From a candidate division WOR-3 bacterium (GTDB lineage: Bacteria > Hydrothermota > Tepidihabitantia > SM23-42 > CAYGYG01): a DNA stretch of 41,840 bases. The DNA lies in NCBI GenBank assembly GCA_965648915.1, contig CBFGIV010000017.1:1-41840 (forward strand), given 5' to 3'. This document shows positions 29,741-39,024 of this stretch, in pieces (within the stretch, counting starts at the first letter, position 1; the number at the start of each line of letters is the position of its first letter). The position numbers were made by a program, and so were the translations under genes. The notes under the pieces are model-generated. The model saw nothing but the letters and a program-made list of their open reading frames with translations, did no database searches and was not told where the DNA came from.

Positions 29741-30153
29741 TATAACTCTCCTGTCTGAAGTAGAACTTTATATGCAGAGACACAGTGTTCAATACTCTTA
29801 AGACACTCACGCATTATATCCAGAGCGTCTTTATTCGAATGTTGACCAAAGAATGAGATCGAACTTATCGCCCGTTTCAGGGTCGGAACCCTCTCTCGGG
29901 AGATTAAGTTGTTCTCGGACAGAACAATAAAGACATCCATAGCATTGATCGGATTGCGCCAGTTTTTGGCTTCGATATATTCGTTGCTCAGATTGAGGAG
30001 GGACTGGACTGCAGATATAAAAAAATATTTTGCCCTTTCAATTCTTTTAGGATTACTGAGCAGAGATTCATCCGAGGTCTTTAAAATTTCGTCGATCAGA
30101 CTTAAATTGTTGCTGATATTCTCAAGGGTTGTATTAAACTTTCTCTTATCCAT
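29740..30153 (-). CDS. DUF86/HepT-like HEPN protein lacking the Rx4H motif
   Basis: All-helical pattern 'AKYFFISAVQSLLNL...WRNP....DVF.VLSENNLIS...L' typical of DUF86; the catalytic segment reads SISFFGQH. Confidence 0.6.
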   Translation of the reverse strand: MDKRKFNTTLENISNNLSLIDEILKTSDESLLSNPKRIERAKYFFISAVQSLLNLSNEYIEAKNWRNPINAMDVFIVLSENNLISRERVPTLKRAISSISFFGQHSNKDALDIMRECLKSIEHCVSAYKVLLQTGEL

Positions 30154-30856
30154 AGAGGAGAAGTTCTTTACCCTTAATTACATTCTCCGGATTGATTTCA
30201 AAATAGAGTGTGAGTTGATCAGGAGTAAGAATCTTTTCTAATCTCTTTCTTGTGCCGGGAAGATTGAAATAGTCGGCCACTGTATGAATGTCACTGGCCA
30301 GAAGGGATAAGAAGTGGTTCTGATAGATGAGAGAAGATCTGCTTTTAATGCCTGCTCCGTAATTTCCTATAAAACTTCCAATATTAGACTGAAAGTAGAC
30401 ACCCGCTTCCCGGAGGCGCCAGTAGTCTTCAATCTCGAGATAAGGATAGCGTTCGATATGGGAGATAACCGGAATAAAATCGTAATCTCTCAGGCGTTTG
30501 AAAAAATCCTTCATATGCAAAACCCGACCAGTGTAGGGGAGTTCAATTAATAATGTCCGACCATTCTTATTGATCGTAAAATCCCTTAACTGGTCTCTCA
30601 ATTTATCAATTGCCCAGAGCAGACTTATCTCCGCTCCGAAATAGATTTCAACTTGATCCTTCCCAATCTTTTCTCTACTCTCCATTAAGACCTGCTCGAT
30701 CTGTCGGGCAGCGAGGCGGCCATCGATAACATGAGGTGTAGCAACAATCTTTTCAATCCGATTTGCCCTGGCCAGATCGATTGCCCGATTGAACTCCTCC
30801 CAGGTATTCAACCCATCATCAACCCCGGGCAAGATATGTGTGTGAATATCGACCAT
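30146..30856 (-). CDS. CpsB/CapC (YwqE)-family PHP protein-tyrosine phosphatase
   Basis: DIHTHILPGVDDG, ATPH, SHIERY and ASDIH motifs. Confidence 0.92.
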   Translation of the reverse strand: MVDIHTHILPGVDDGLNTWEEFNRAIDLARANRIEKIVATPHVIDGRLAARQIEQVLMESREKIGKDQVEIYFGAEISLLWAIDKLRDQLRDFTINKNGRTLLIELPYTGRVLHMKDFFKRLRDYDFIPVISHIERYPYLEIEDYWRLREAGVYFQSNIGSFIGNYGAGIKSRSSLIYQNHFLSLLASDIHTVADYFNLPGTRKRLEKILTPDQLTLYFEINPENVIKGKELLLYG

Positions 30857-30865
30857 CCCGGCGCT

Positions 30866-30894
30866 ATTTTATCTAAAACTGGCTAAAATGTCAA
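30866..30894 (-). promoter_or_regulatory. Promoter of the phosphatase-HEPN-wza-wzc operon
   Basis: TTGACA-17-TAAAAT; 9 nt to the ATG; no SD. Confidence 0.6.
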
Positions 30895-30907
30895 TAATTT
30901 TGTCTTA

Positions 30908-32764
30908 TTAAATCTTTATGACCAAGAGGACCATTTCTAAAATCAAAGCAATAATAACGAAGATCAAGAAAAGGGATGATAGATCTCCTCCCCGGGTAAT
31001 ATCTTCTGCTTTTAAGACTTCACAGTTGAGCCGTTTTAATGCCTCAACCCCAATCTTCTTAAGGTCACCTTCATCCGGATCAACATTGACGACAAATTGT
31101 TCATCTCCGATCTGATATAACCCGGCCCGATCCGTCTTCTTAAAAACAACCCTGCCTCTCTCTGGCGTTAGATATTCAATCCCGCTCGGCGTTTTTACTC
31201 TTGTTGCGGTTGATGCCTCCATCTCAATTACATCACCGACCAAATAATTGCGCACCCTCTTCTCCTGGGTCATATACCCTAAGAGTCGATGGAGAAAAGG
31301 GACAAAGATGGGCTTATAAATAAAATCGGTATGTTCGAGGTCAAAACTCGTTGTAACAATAATCAGGTTCTGCGCCTCGAGGAGAAAAACATTACCGCTT
31401 TCAAACCGGCTCAGGATTTTACTCCTTACTGGTTCGATATTTGTAATTCTATAAAATTTAACTCCGGTAAAATCTTTTGGTCCAAAGATCTTGAAGATCG
31501 GATGGTGAGAATCAAAATAGGAGATCGTGGTGAAGCCATCGAGGACGATAAGACCCTGAAAGGTACAATATTGACTGAGAAATTTCTCATATGATGGATT
31601 GACCCTATCGCCCAAAAGAATCAAGACCGGTTTGTGGTTCATAAAATCTTCTATCTTTTTGAGACTAAAGAGATTGAGTTCTGTGAGATTGGAAATTATT
31701 AATCCATCAAAACGATTGAAATCGACCTGGCTGAGGGCTGATTGGGGGATAACCTCAACAGCGAAAGGGGATTGAACGCCGGGTGGTGATAGTGCTGATT
31801 TGATGATATTATCTGAATAACCATCGGGCATAATAATCAGGATCTTCTTCTTTGTCATTTTCTTAAAGAAAAAATACCGGATATTGTCAATTGAGAGAAA
31901 ATCTTCCTTGACTTCAACCCAGCCCGAAATTGTCGGTTGATTTTGTCCAAATACAAATTCCACCATTTTCTCCTCTTCCGGATTTAAGACAACATTCTGT
32001 TCCAAACCGCTATTGAGGATCGCCTTCCCGGACCAAGGCTTAACCCCATAATTTTTTATCTTCACCAGAAGCACTGGTAGGCCAATCGTCACCGGATCCT
32101 TAAGCCTGATATCGGTTATACTGGTATTATCACCATCATCCGAAATTGGAATGATCTTAACCTTAAATGTTAGAGGCTGAGTGATCCTGGTAAAATTCTT
32201 TGCCTGAAGATCGGTCAGAAAGACGAAATCTTTCGGGTAGCGGGTTTTGACTGTTCTCAGTCTTTCCAGAACCTCACCAAGATCCCCTTTACGCTGGGAA
32301 ACCATCAAACGCTGAATCTTCTCCTGCGCTCTCTCTTTGGTAAGAAATTCGAAATCATCTGTCTGACTGAGCGGGACGATTAAAAACTGAGATGCCTGCG
32401 TGTAGTGATCAATCAGATCACACCCGATCTCCTTCGCCTTTGCAAAAAGATCCTTATAAGCCATGCTGTAAGAGTCGTCGATAATCAGAAATAGACTGGC
32501 GGTCCGGTTAAAACCAAAAAGGCCGGTCTTAACCGTTGGCCGGGCCAGGGCAAGAAAGAGTGCTATAATCGTAATGGTGCGCAGGATTAAAATCAGGATC
32601 TCCCTTAATCTGAGCCAGTTGAATTCGCGCCTTTCCATCGTATAGAGAAATTTGAGCGAAGGGAATTCAATCCGCTTCAGCCGTCTGCGAAACCAGAGAT
32701 GGATTATTACCGGCAGAGCTGCAAGGGGGAGACCGAGGAGGAAGTAGGGATGGATGAACTCCAT
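30908..32764 (-). CDS. BatA-domain/VWA membrane protein
   Basis: PVIIHL...FPSLKFL...LALARP N-terminus, DDSYSM MIDAS-like motif, C-terminal TM. Confidence 0.88.
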   Translation of the reverse strand: MEFIHPYFLLGLPLAALPVIIHLWFRRRLKRIEFPSLKFLYTMERREFNWLRLREILILILRTITIIALFLALARPTVKTGLFGFNRTASLFLIIDDSYSMAYKDLFAKAKEIGCDLIDHYTQASQFLIVPLSQTDDFEFLTKERAQEKIQRLMVSQRKGDLGEVLERLRTVKTRYPKDFVFLTDLQAKNFTRITQPLTFKVKIIPISDDGDNTSITDIRLKDPVTIGLPVLLVKIKNYGVKPWSGKAILNSGLEQNVVLNPEEEKMVEFVFGQNQPTISGWVEVKEDFLSIDNIRYFFFKKMTKKKILIIMPDGYSDNIIKSALSPPGVQSPFAVEVIPQSALSQVDFNRFDGLIISNLTELNLFSLKKIEDFMNHKPVLILLGDRVNPSYEKFLSQYCTFQGLIVLDGFTTISYFDSHHPIFKIFGPKDFTGVKFYRITNIEPVRSKILSRFESGNVFLLEAQNLIIVTTSFDLEHTDFIYKPIFVPFLHRLLGYMTQEKRVRNYLVGDVIEMEASTATRVKTPSGIEYLTPERGRVVFKKTDRAGLYQIGDEQFVVNVDPDEGDLKKIGVEALKRLNCEVLKAEDITRGGDLSSLFLIFVIIALILEMVLLVIKI

Positions 32765-33648
32765 CAGAACATCTTCTCCCGGCGGGCAAGAAACTTAAGC
32801 AGGGCCCGATCAAAAGGGATATTGGTAAAGATCAACTCGTAATCGATCCGGGCCTCGCGCAGACTATGCTCATAGGTCTGGACAAACTCTCTTATCCTCT
32901 TCTTATAACTCTCCTTGAGCGCTACCGGGTCGATAGGTAGCTCCTGCCGGGTCTCGAGATCAACGAATCGGGCCGGATTCTTAAAAGCAAATTCCCATTC
33001 CTGGGGATCGAGGATCTGAAAGACGATTATCTCATGTTTTCGATAACGGAAACTCTTCAATCCACGAATTATCCGAGCCGGTTCATCAAAGAGATCAGAG
33101 ATAACAATAACAAGACCTCGGCGTTTGATCCGCTCGGCCAGCTGAAAAAATGTTTTACCCAGATCGGTCTCACCACCGGGCAATGATCGATCAATACAAC
33201 CGAGCAGGGTTTGAATATGGCTGCGCCGGGCACTGGGGGGAACGAATTCAACCAGTTTCTCATCAAAGGTTATAAGGCCAACACTATCGCGCTGGCGAAT
33301 AAGGAGAAAGGCAAGACTGGCCGCCAGGGTCTGACCGTATTCATATTTGGAAATCGCTCCGGTTCGATATGACATTGAACCACTCTTGTCGAGCAGGATA
33401 TATGCCCTGAGATTGGTCTCTTCCTCAAATTCTTTAATATAGTAACGATCGGTTCGACCATAGGTCTTCCAGTCGATCCTCCTGATTTCATCGCCCGGTG
33501 TATAGGGGCGATAGTCGGCAAACTCGACGGAAAAGCCATAGTAAGGACTCCGGTGGAGACCGGAGAGAAATCCTTCAACCACAAGACGCGCTTTGAGATC
33601 GAGCCCTTTGATCTTGCTCAGAACTTCGGGAATGAGATATTGTTTCAT
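32764..33648 (-). CDS. DUF58 VWA-like protein
   Basis: GLHRS..GFSVEFADYRPY.PGDE.RRIDWK and LDKSGSM motifs. Confidence 0.93.
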   Translation of the reverse strand: MKQYLIPEVLSKIKGLDLKARLVVEGFLSGLHRSPYYGFSVEFADYRPYTPGDEIRRIDWKTYGRTDRYYIKEFEEETNLRAYILLDKSGSMSYRTGAISKYEYGQTLAASLAFLLIRQRDSVGLITFDEKLVEFVPPSARRSHIQTLLGCIDRSLPGGETDLGKTFFQLAERIKRRGLVIVISDLFDEPARIIRGLKSFRYRKHEIIVFQILDPQEWEFAFKNPARFVDLETRQELPIDPVALKESYKKRIREFVQTYEHSLREARIDYELIFTNIPFDRALLKFLARREKMF

Positions 33649-35030
33649 CTAACCTCAATCTCGGTCATACTCGCCGGGATATCGACCGGTAGGGAACGAT
33701 CCAGGGAAGAAATCTTCTCCTGCAATGCTATTGCCTGATCTGCTTCACCATGAACCAAAAATATTCTTTTCAGGCGATGGTTCCGGATTGTGGTTATATA
33801 ATCGAGCAGATCTTTGCCATCGGCGTGAGCAGAAAATCCGCTCAAGAAATAGATTCGGGCCCGGACCTTATATTCATCACCAAAGATTGTAACCCGTTCA
33901 TAGCCATCGAGCAATTTTCGTCCCAGTGTGCCCCGGGCCTGAAAACCGACAAAGACAATCATATTCTGCCCATTCTCAATCCCATGGATAAGGTGATGAA
34001 GAACCCTCCCCCCTTCACACATCCCTGAACCGGCGATTATAATCATCGCTTGCTGAAGGTTGTTCAGCCGCTTCGATTCCTCACGGCCGCGGATGTAATA
34101 TAATCCAGGAAAACGGAAAGGATCGGTTTTGATAAAGATCCGGTAAGTCTCCTCATCAAAACACTCGGGATGCTGCTCATAGATCTGGGTAACATCCAAA
34201 GCCAGCGGGCTATCGATATAAACCGGAATACCTTTGAGCACCCCTTCTTCTGAGAGTCTTTTAAGCACAGTAATTAACAGTTGGGTCCTTTCGACGGCAA
34301 AAGATGGTATTATGATCTTGCTCTTCTGCCTCCGTCCTTCTTCAATCAAAGATTTTAACTCAAAGGCCATCTCGTCAAAAGATTTATGGAGCCTTCCGCC
34401 ATAAGTTGATTCGATGATTAAATAGTCGACATCCTTGATAATCGATGGATCACGCACAATCGGCATGTTTTTTCGGCCCAGGTCTCCAGTAAAGAGAAGC
34501 CGTTCCTGACCAATATCGATCACGATCGAGGCCGACCCTAAAATATGCCCGGCATCGATAAATTTTGCCCGGACCCCAGAAATCGGTTCAAACTCCATTC
34601 CATAACCGATCTTGTGAAACCTTTTAATAATCGACTCGGCTGCTGAAACCGTGTAAAGGGGTTTCTGTTCGGGCAGACCTTTCTTGCGCAGTCTTTTGTT
34701 GAGATATTCAATATCACTCTCCTGAATCGCAGCGGTATCAAGCAGGAGTAATGAAGCAATATCGACTGTAGCCGGGGTGGCGAAGATCGGTCCGGTAAAA
34801 CCACAGAGCCCCAGTGTTGGTAGATTACCGGAATGGTCGATATGGGCATGGGAAAGGACTACCGATTTTATCTCTTTTGGCTTGAAGGGGAATGTCCGGT
34901 TGATCCGGTTCGCCTCTTCCCGGTGCCCCTGATAGAGTCCGCATTCGACCAAAAATTTTTGATTGTTAAACTCAAAGAGATAGAGGGAACCGGTAACGCT
35001 CCGCGCCGCACCAATAAAAGTTATTTTCAT
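33645..35030 (-). CDS. Metallo-beta-lactamase/beta-CASP RNA-processing nuclease
   Basis: GAARSVTGS, SHAHIDHSG, AGHILGS, ESTYG and SAHAD motifs. Confidence 0.93.
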   Translation of the reverse strand: MKITFIGAARSVTGSLYLFEFNNQKFLVECGLYQGHREEANRINRTFPFKPKEIKSVVLSHAHIDHSGNLPTLGLCGFTGPIFATPATVDIASLLLLDTAAIQESDIEYLNKRLRKKGLPEQKPLYTVSAAESIIKRFHKIGYGMEFEPISGVRAKFIDAGHILGSASIVIDIGQERLLFTGDLGRKNMPIVRDPSIIKDVDYLIIESTYGGRLHKSFDEMAFELKSLIEEGRRQKSKIIIPSFAVERTQLLITVLKRLSEEGVLKGIPVYIDSPLALDVTQIYEQHPECFDEETYRIFIKTDPFRFPGLYYIRGREESKRLNNLQQAMIIIAGSGMCEGGRVLHHLIHGIENGQNMIVFVGFQARGTLGRKLLDGYERVTIFGDEYKVRARIYFLSGFSAHADGKDLLDYITTIRNHRLKRIFLVHGEADQAIALQEKISSLDRSLPVDIPASMTEIEVR

Positions 35031-35040
35031 ATCGAACCTT

Positions 35041-35118
35041 ATATTAACCGACTTAAAAACTGTGTCAAGATAGTTGTTTTCAGGATCTTCTTGATTTTTT
35101 ATAACAGACGATTAAAAT
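35041..35118. promoter_or_regulatory. Back-to-back promoters for the beta-CASP operon (-) and the cmk operon (+)
   Basis: Minus strand: TTGACA 35068-35063, 16 nt, TAATAT. Plus strand: TTGATT 35091-35096, 16 nt, TAAAAT 35113-35118, then 6 nt to the cmk ATG. Confidence 0.6.
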
Positions 35119-35124
35119 AATATA

Positions 35125-35811
35125 ATGGCACGTTTTGTTGTAGCAATTGATGGCACGGCCGGCTCGGGGAAGAGCACAACTGCCCAGGCACTGGCCCAGC
35201 GGCTTAATTTCTTCTATCTCGATACCGGGGCAATGTATCGAGCCTTTACCCTGAATTTAATCCGGAATGGTTTCGCCCTGAATATAGATAAGATTAAAAA
35301 TCTTCTGGCTAAGACCAGGATCGATCTGGTGAAGGCTCAAAATGGTTATCAGGTTCTGCTCAATGGTCAGGATGTTTCCTTGGAGATCCGGACACCTGAA
35401 GTAAATGAGAAGGTCTCTCAGGTCTCGGCGATCCCCCTGGTCCGGGAGTGGATGGTTGAACAGCAACGCCGGATCGCTCAGGATAAATGTGTCGTATGTG
35501 AAGGCCGGGATATCGGGACGGTCGTCTTCCCCGATGCCGATGTTAAGATCTTTATGATGGCGAGTCTTGAGGAGCGCGCCCGTCGCCGGCAGAAGGAATT
35601 GAACGAGAAAAAGATCAGCAGTCGCATTGAGGAGGTAAAGGAAAATTTAGCCTTCCGGGATGAATACGATACGCAACGCGAACATTCACCCCTCCGGGTT
35701 GCTGAAGGTGCGGTGATAATAGATACAACCAATCTCAGTATTGAAGAAGAGATTGAACTGGCCCTTAAAGAAGTACAGAAGCGACTACCTGCGGAGAAGG
35801 TCAGGCAATGA
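35125..35811 (+). CDS. cmk: Cytidylate kinase
   Basis: AIDGTAGSGKST, LDTGAMYRA and EGRDIGTVVFPDA motifs. Confidence 0.97.
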   Translation: MARFVVAIDGTAGSGKSTTAQALAQRLNFFYLDTGAMYRAFTLNLIRNGFALNIDKIKNLLAKTRIDLVKAQNGYQVLLNGQDVSLEIRTPEVNEKVSQVSAIPLVREWMVEQQRRIAQDKCVVCEGRDIGTVVFPDADVKIFMMASLEERARRRQKELNEKKISSRIEEVKENLAFRDEYDTQREHSPLRVAEGAVIIDTTNLSIEEEIELALKEVQKRLPAEKVRQ

Positions 35812-36401
35812 GCCCAAAGTGGTTCCTCTCCCGTTTGATCGCCCGGATCTTAGCTCCAGTGATTGGCTTAAAAGTTATCGGAGCCGAGAAGGTAAAGAGG
35901 ACCGGTCCCTTGATCATTGCTTCAAATCATAAATCTTATCTCGATCCACCTCTGGTTGGTTATGCGACCAGGCGCGAATGTTTCTTTATGGCGAAGAGTG
36001 GTCTCTTCGAAGTAAGTAAATTCTTCACCTGGTTAATAAAATTTTATAATGCTTTTCCCATCACCGGACTTTCAACAATTAAAAGAGCCGTCCATATCTT
36101 AAACCACGGCCAGGCCCTGGTCATATTCCCTGAAGGGACAAGGGCAAATGGGGGAGAGGTCCTTCCTTTCCATCCCGGGGTGGGTTACCTGGCAAGAAAA
36201 TGTCAGGCACCGGTTGTGCCTGTCTATATCGAGAATAGCCGCAGGCCGATCATCGATCTCTTGATGCGCCGTTACCGCCTGAAGATATCTTTTGGGGATA
36301 CGCTCCCGCCTCCTGCCAGGTCGAGTCCCCGGGAATTTGATCTTACCTTTGCCAATCAGATCCGGGAGGCAATACTTAAACTATCTCAGGAGAAAGATTG
36401 A
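35808..36401 (+). CDS. plsC: 1-acyl-sn-glycerol-3-phosphate acyltransferase
   Basis: NHKSYLD and FPEGTR motifs. Confidence 0.9.
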   Translation: MSPKWFLSRLIARILAPVIGLKVIGAEKVKRTGPLIIASNHKSYLDPPLVGYATRRECFFMAKSGLFEVSKFFTWLIKFYNAFPITGLSTIKRAVHILNHGQALVIFPEGTRANGGEVLPFHPGVGYLARKCQAPVVPVYIENSRRPIIDLLMRRYRLKISFGDTLPPPARSSPREFDLTFANQIREAILKLSQEKD

Positions 36402-37216
36402 TGGAGGTCATTGTCGCCCCCTATGCGGGGTTCTGTTCAGGGGTGAAAAGGGCAATCAAACTGACGGAAGATGCATTAAAAAAGGGTAAACAGGTCTATA
36501 CCCTCGGACCGATCATCCATAATCCGGCTGTTGTTAAAAATCTGGAGAAGAAAGGGATCAGGATCCTCCGGCAATATAAAAAGGGTGAAGATGCTATCGT
36601 TGTTATCCGGTCCCATGGCCTCGAACCAGCCGTGCTGGAAGAGATCAAGTCCTATGGCTATGAGATTGTCGATGCCACCTGCCCTTATGTGCGGCGCGCC
36701 CAGAATTATGTTGAAAACCTGAAGCGTGAAGGTTACTTTATTGTCATAATTGGTGAAGCCCGGCATCCCGAAGTAAAAGGGCTGCTTGGCTTTGCCGGCG
36801 AGGCGGGAATGGTCTACGAACCGGAAAAGCCTCTGCCTTCACGGCGGATTGGGATTGTTGAACAGACAACAATCGATATTGCCAGTCTCCGTGCCGCGCT
36901 GGGCGATCTTGTGAGCCGAATCGATGAGATAAAAGTTTTTAATACGATATGTGCCGAGACCAAACTCCGTATAAATTCTGCCCTCGATCTCTGCCAGCGA
37001 GTTGATCTGGTGATTGTGGTCGGAGGCAAGAACAGCGCGAACACAACCAATCTGGCCAATCTCTGTGGAAAGATAAAGAAGACCTACCATATTGAACGTG
37101 CCGGAGAGATAAAACGGCAGTGGTTGAAGGGCGTAAAAAAGATAGGCGTTGCCGCCGGGACCTCTACCCCTCAGTGGGTAATTGATGAGGTGGTAAAGAG
37201 ATTAAAGAGATATTAG
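36401..37216 (+). CDS. ispH: HMBPP reductase IspH
   Basis: GFCSGV, IIHN, RSHG, DATCP, HPEV, NTIC, NSANT and AGTSTP motifs; start at ATG 36401 overlapping the plsC stop. Confidence 0.96.
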   Translation: MEVIVAPYAGFCSGVKRAIKLTEDALKKGKQVYTLGPIIHNPAVVKNLEKKGIRILRQYKKGEDAIVVIRSHGLEPAVLEEIKSYGYEIVDATCPYVRRAQNYVENLKREGYFIVIIGEARHPEVKGLLGFAGEAGMVYEPEKPLPSRRIGIVEQTTIDIASLRAALGDLVSRIDEIKVFNTICAETKLRINSALDLCQRVDLVIVVGGKNSANTTNLANLCGKIKKTYHIERAGEIKRQWLKGVKKIGVAAGTSTPQWVIDEVVKRLKRY

Positions 37217-37223
37217 ACCCCTT

Positions 37224-37691
37224 TTACTTTCTCTTAATCGGTAAATAGATGCGGGCGCCCAGACCACCCTCCAGGCCAAATCCAGTATCGGGGACAAGAT
37301 CAACCACTGGAAAGAGTTCGAGAAAGAACCCGAATGGGTCGTAAACATACTCCATACCGCCACCAAACCGAACACCAAATTTTGTCTCAGGCTCTTTCAG
37401 GACAATACTGGCACCGATACCTAAATAGAATTGATAATGCGGGTCCTCAGGAACTGCATTCAGAAAATGGAAACGATAATCACCGGTAAGATGTAGTTTA
37501 CCTTCATCATGGCCCAGTGCCCATCCCGCATTGAAGACAAGGGAATTTTCCTTCGTCATCAGTATTTTTAAGGTCAATCCAGTCGGTGAACCAATTATAA
37601 TTCCCGGACCGAAGCGCCCATGCTGGGCAAACCCGGTCTGGAAAAGAATCATCATCAGGGAAATAAATACGATTATTCTGGTTAGATTCAT
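37224..37691 (-). CDS. Small exported beta-barrel-like protein
   Basis: Signal peptide; G.G..IG.PTGLT.K and C-terminal GGLGARIY pattern. Confidence 0.65.
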   Translation of the reverse strand: MNLTRIIVFISLMMILFQTGFAQHGRFGPGIIIGSPTGLTLKILMTKENSLVFNAGWALGHDEGKLHLTGDYRFHFLNAVPEDPHYQFYLGIGASIVLKEPETKFGVRFGGGMEYVYDPFGFFLELFPVVDLVPDTGFGLEGGLGARIYLPIKRK

Positions 37692-37699
37692 TTAACCTC

Positions 37700-38836
37700 C
37701 TACCAGGATTCCATTCTTAAGGGCATAATTAAATAGAGATTGTCGGCACCAGAATCACCCACCCCTTTTATCAGGGCAGCAGTTGCGGGTGAGGTAAAAT
37801 TTAATGAAATCTCATCGGCCCTGATATGTTTCAGAACCTCAAGGAGATAACCAGCGTTAAAACCAATCGTGATCTCACCACCCTGAAAACTACAACTGAC
37901 ATCTTCCCGGGCCTCACCCTCTTCAGGAGTTGATGCATAAATATTGAGTGTCTCTCGATTCGGGAAACTAATCTTTACTGCTCTGGTAAAGCGATTAGAA
38001 AATAGCCCGACCCGGCGCAGGGCACCTTCGAGATGGCTCTTCTGAACTCTAACTTCGCCGGTAAAACTTGTCGGAATTACTTTTTCATAATCAGGGAATG
38101 GACCCTGGATTACTCTCGACACAATCGTTGTGCTGGCAAATGAAAATCCGATCAGACTCTCCTCGCCGCGCCCTTCTTCACCCAGTCTAATCTCGATCTT
38201 CTCGTCTCCATTAATATCCGACATCAGTTCAAAAACCTTGGGTGGGACAATTATCTCGCCCTCGGTCCGTTCTTTGGTTTCGATCTTCAACTGATCATCT
38301 TTAATGAACGACAGCCTGTGGCCATCGGTTGAAACCATTCTCAATTCCTTCCCCTTTAATTGGATGAGGATCCCGGTCATTGCCCCCTTACCAACATCCC
38401 GGGCAACCGAAAATCCGGTAGCCTCAACCATTCTATTAAGTTGTGCAAATTCAATCTTAAACCATACCTTATTGGGCAATTTCGGCATTTCGGGAAACTC
38501 TTGAGGATCTAAATAAGGCAGATTAAAAACTGTTTTACCCGCTTCAATTTTTAACAACTGGCCGCTTAAATTAAAATTAAGGACCTCTTCATCGGTTTCG
38601 CGCAGGATCTCGATGATCTTTTTACCTGGTACCATTACTTTTCCTTCTTCAGATACATCACAGGTAAATTCGCGTTTGATAAACATCTCAAGGTCAGTTC
38701 CCTGGATTGATATCTTGTTTTTTGATGTCTCCAGTAAGATATTTTGAAGAACGGTAAATGTGCTTTTGGTTGGTATAATACTTGTAACCCGGGAGAGGTT
38801 TTCTTGTAGACTCACTCGGGGAATGACAAATTTCAT
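37700..38836 (-). CDS. dnaN: DNA polymerase III beta clamp
   Basis: GTDLE, STDGHRL, FPDYEKVIP, IGFNAGYL and IMPLR motifs. Confidence 0.98.
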   Translation of the reverse strand: MKFVIPRVSLQENLSRVTSIIPTKSTFTVLQNILLETSKNKISIQGTDLEMFIKREFTCDVSEEGKVMVPGKKIIEILRETDEEVLNFNLSGQLLKIEAGKTVFNLPYLDPQEFPEMPKLPNKVWFKIEFAQLNRMVEATGFSVARDVGKGAMTGILIQLKGKELRMVSTDGHRLSFIKDDQLKIETKERTEGEIIVPPKVFELMSDINGDEKIEIRLGEEGRGEESLIGFSFASTTIVSRVIQGPFPDYEKVIPTSFTGEVRVQKSHLEGALRRVGLFSNRFTRAVKISFPNRETLNIYASTPEEGEAREDVSCSFQGGEITIGFNAGYLLEVLKHIRADEISLNFTSPATAALIKGVGDSGADNLYLIMPLRMESW

Positions 38837-39024
38837 TTTACCTCCTTACTACTAATAATAATATTTAAATAAAAATAGTCAGTAGTGTTAGATCTTGTGG
38901 ATATCTTGAAATCGACAATATTTTTTGATAATTCAATACTTAATTGAAGAGATGGTTGGGGAAAACCTTTGTGCATAATGTTAGAATTTGTTGTTAAATT
39001 TTAGTTCCCGCATATTTCAACAAT
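38837..39024. other. oriC unwinding region between dnaA and dnaN
   Basis: DnaA-box-like TGTGGATAT 38896-38904, TGGGGAAAA 38957-38965 and TGTGCATAA 38970-38978; trio-like TAGTCAGTAGTGTTAG and an AT-rich run next to dnaN. Confidence 0.8.
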
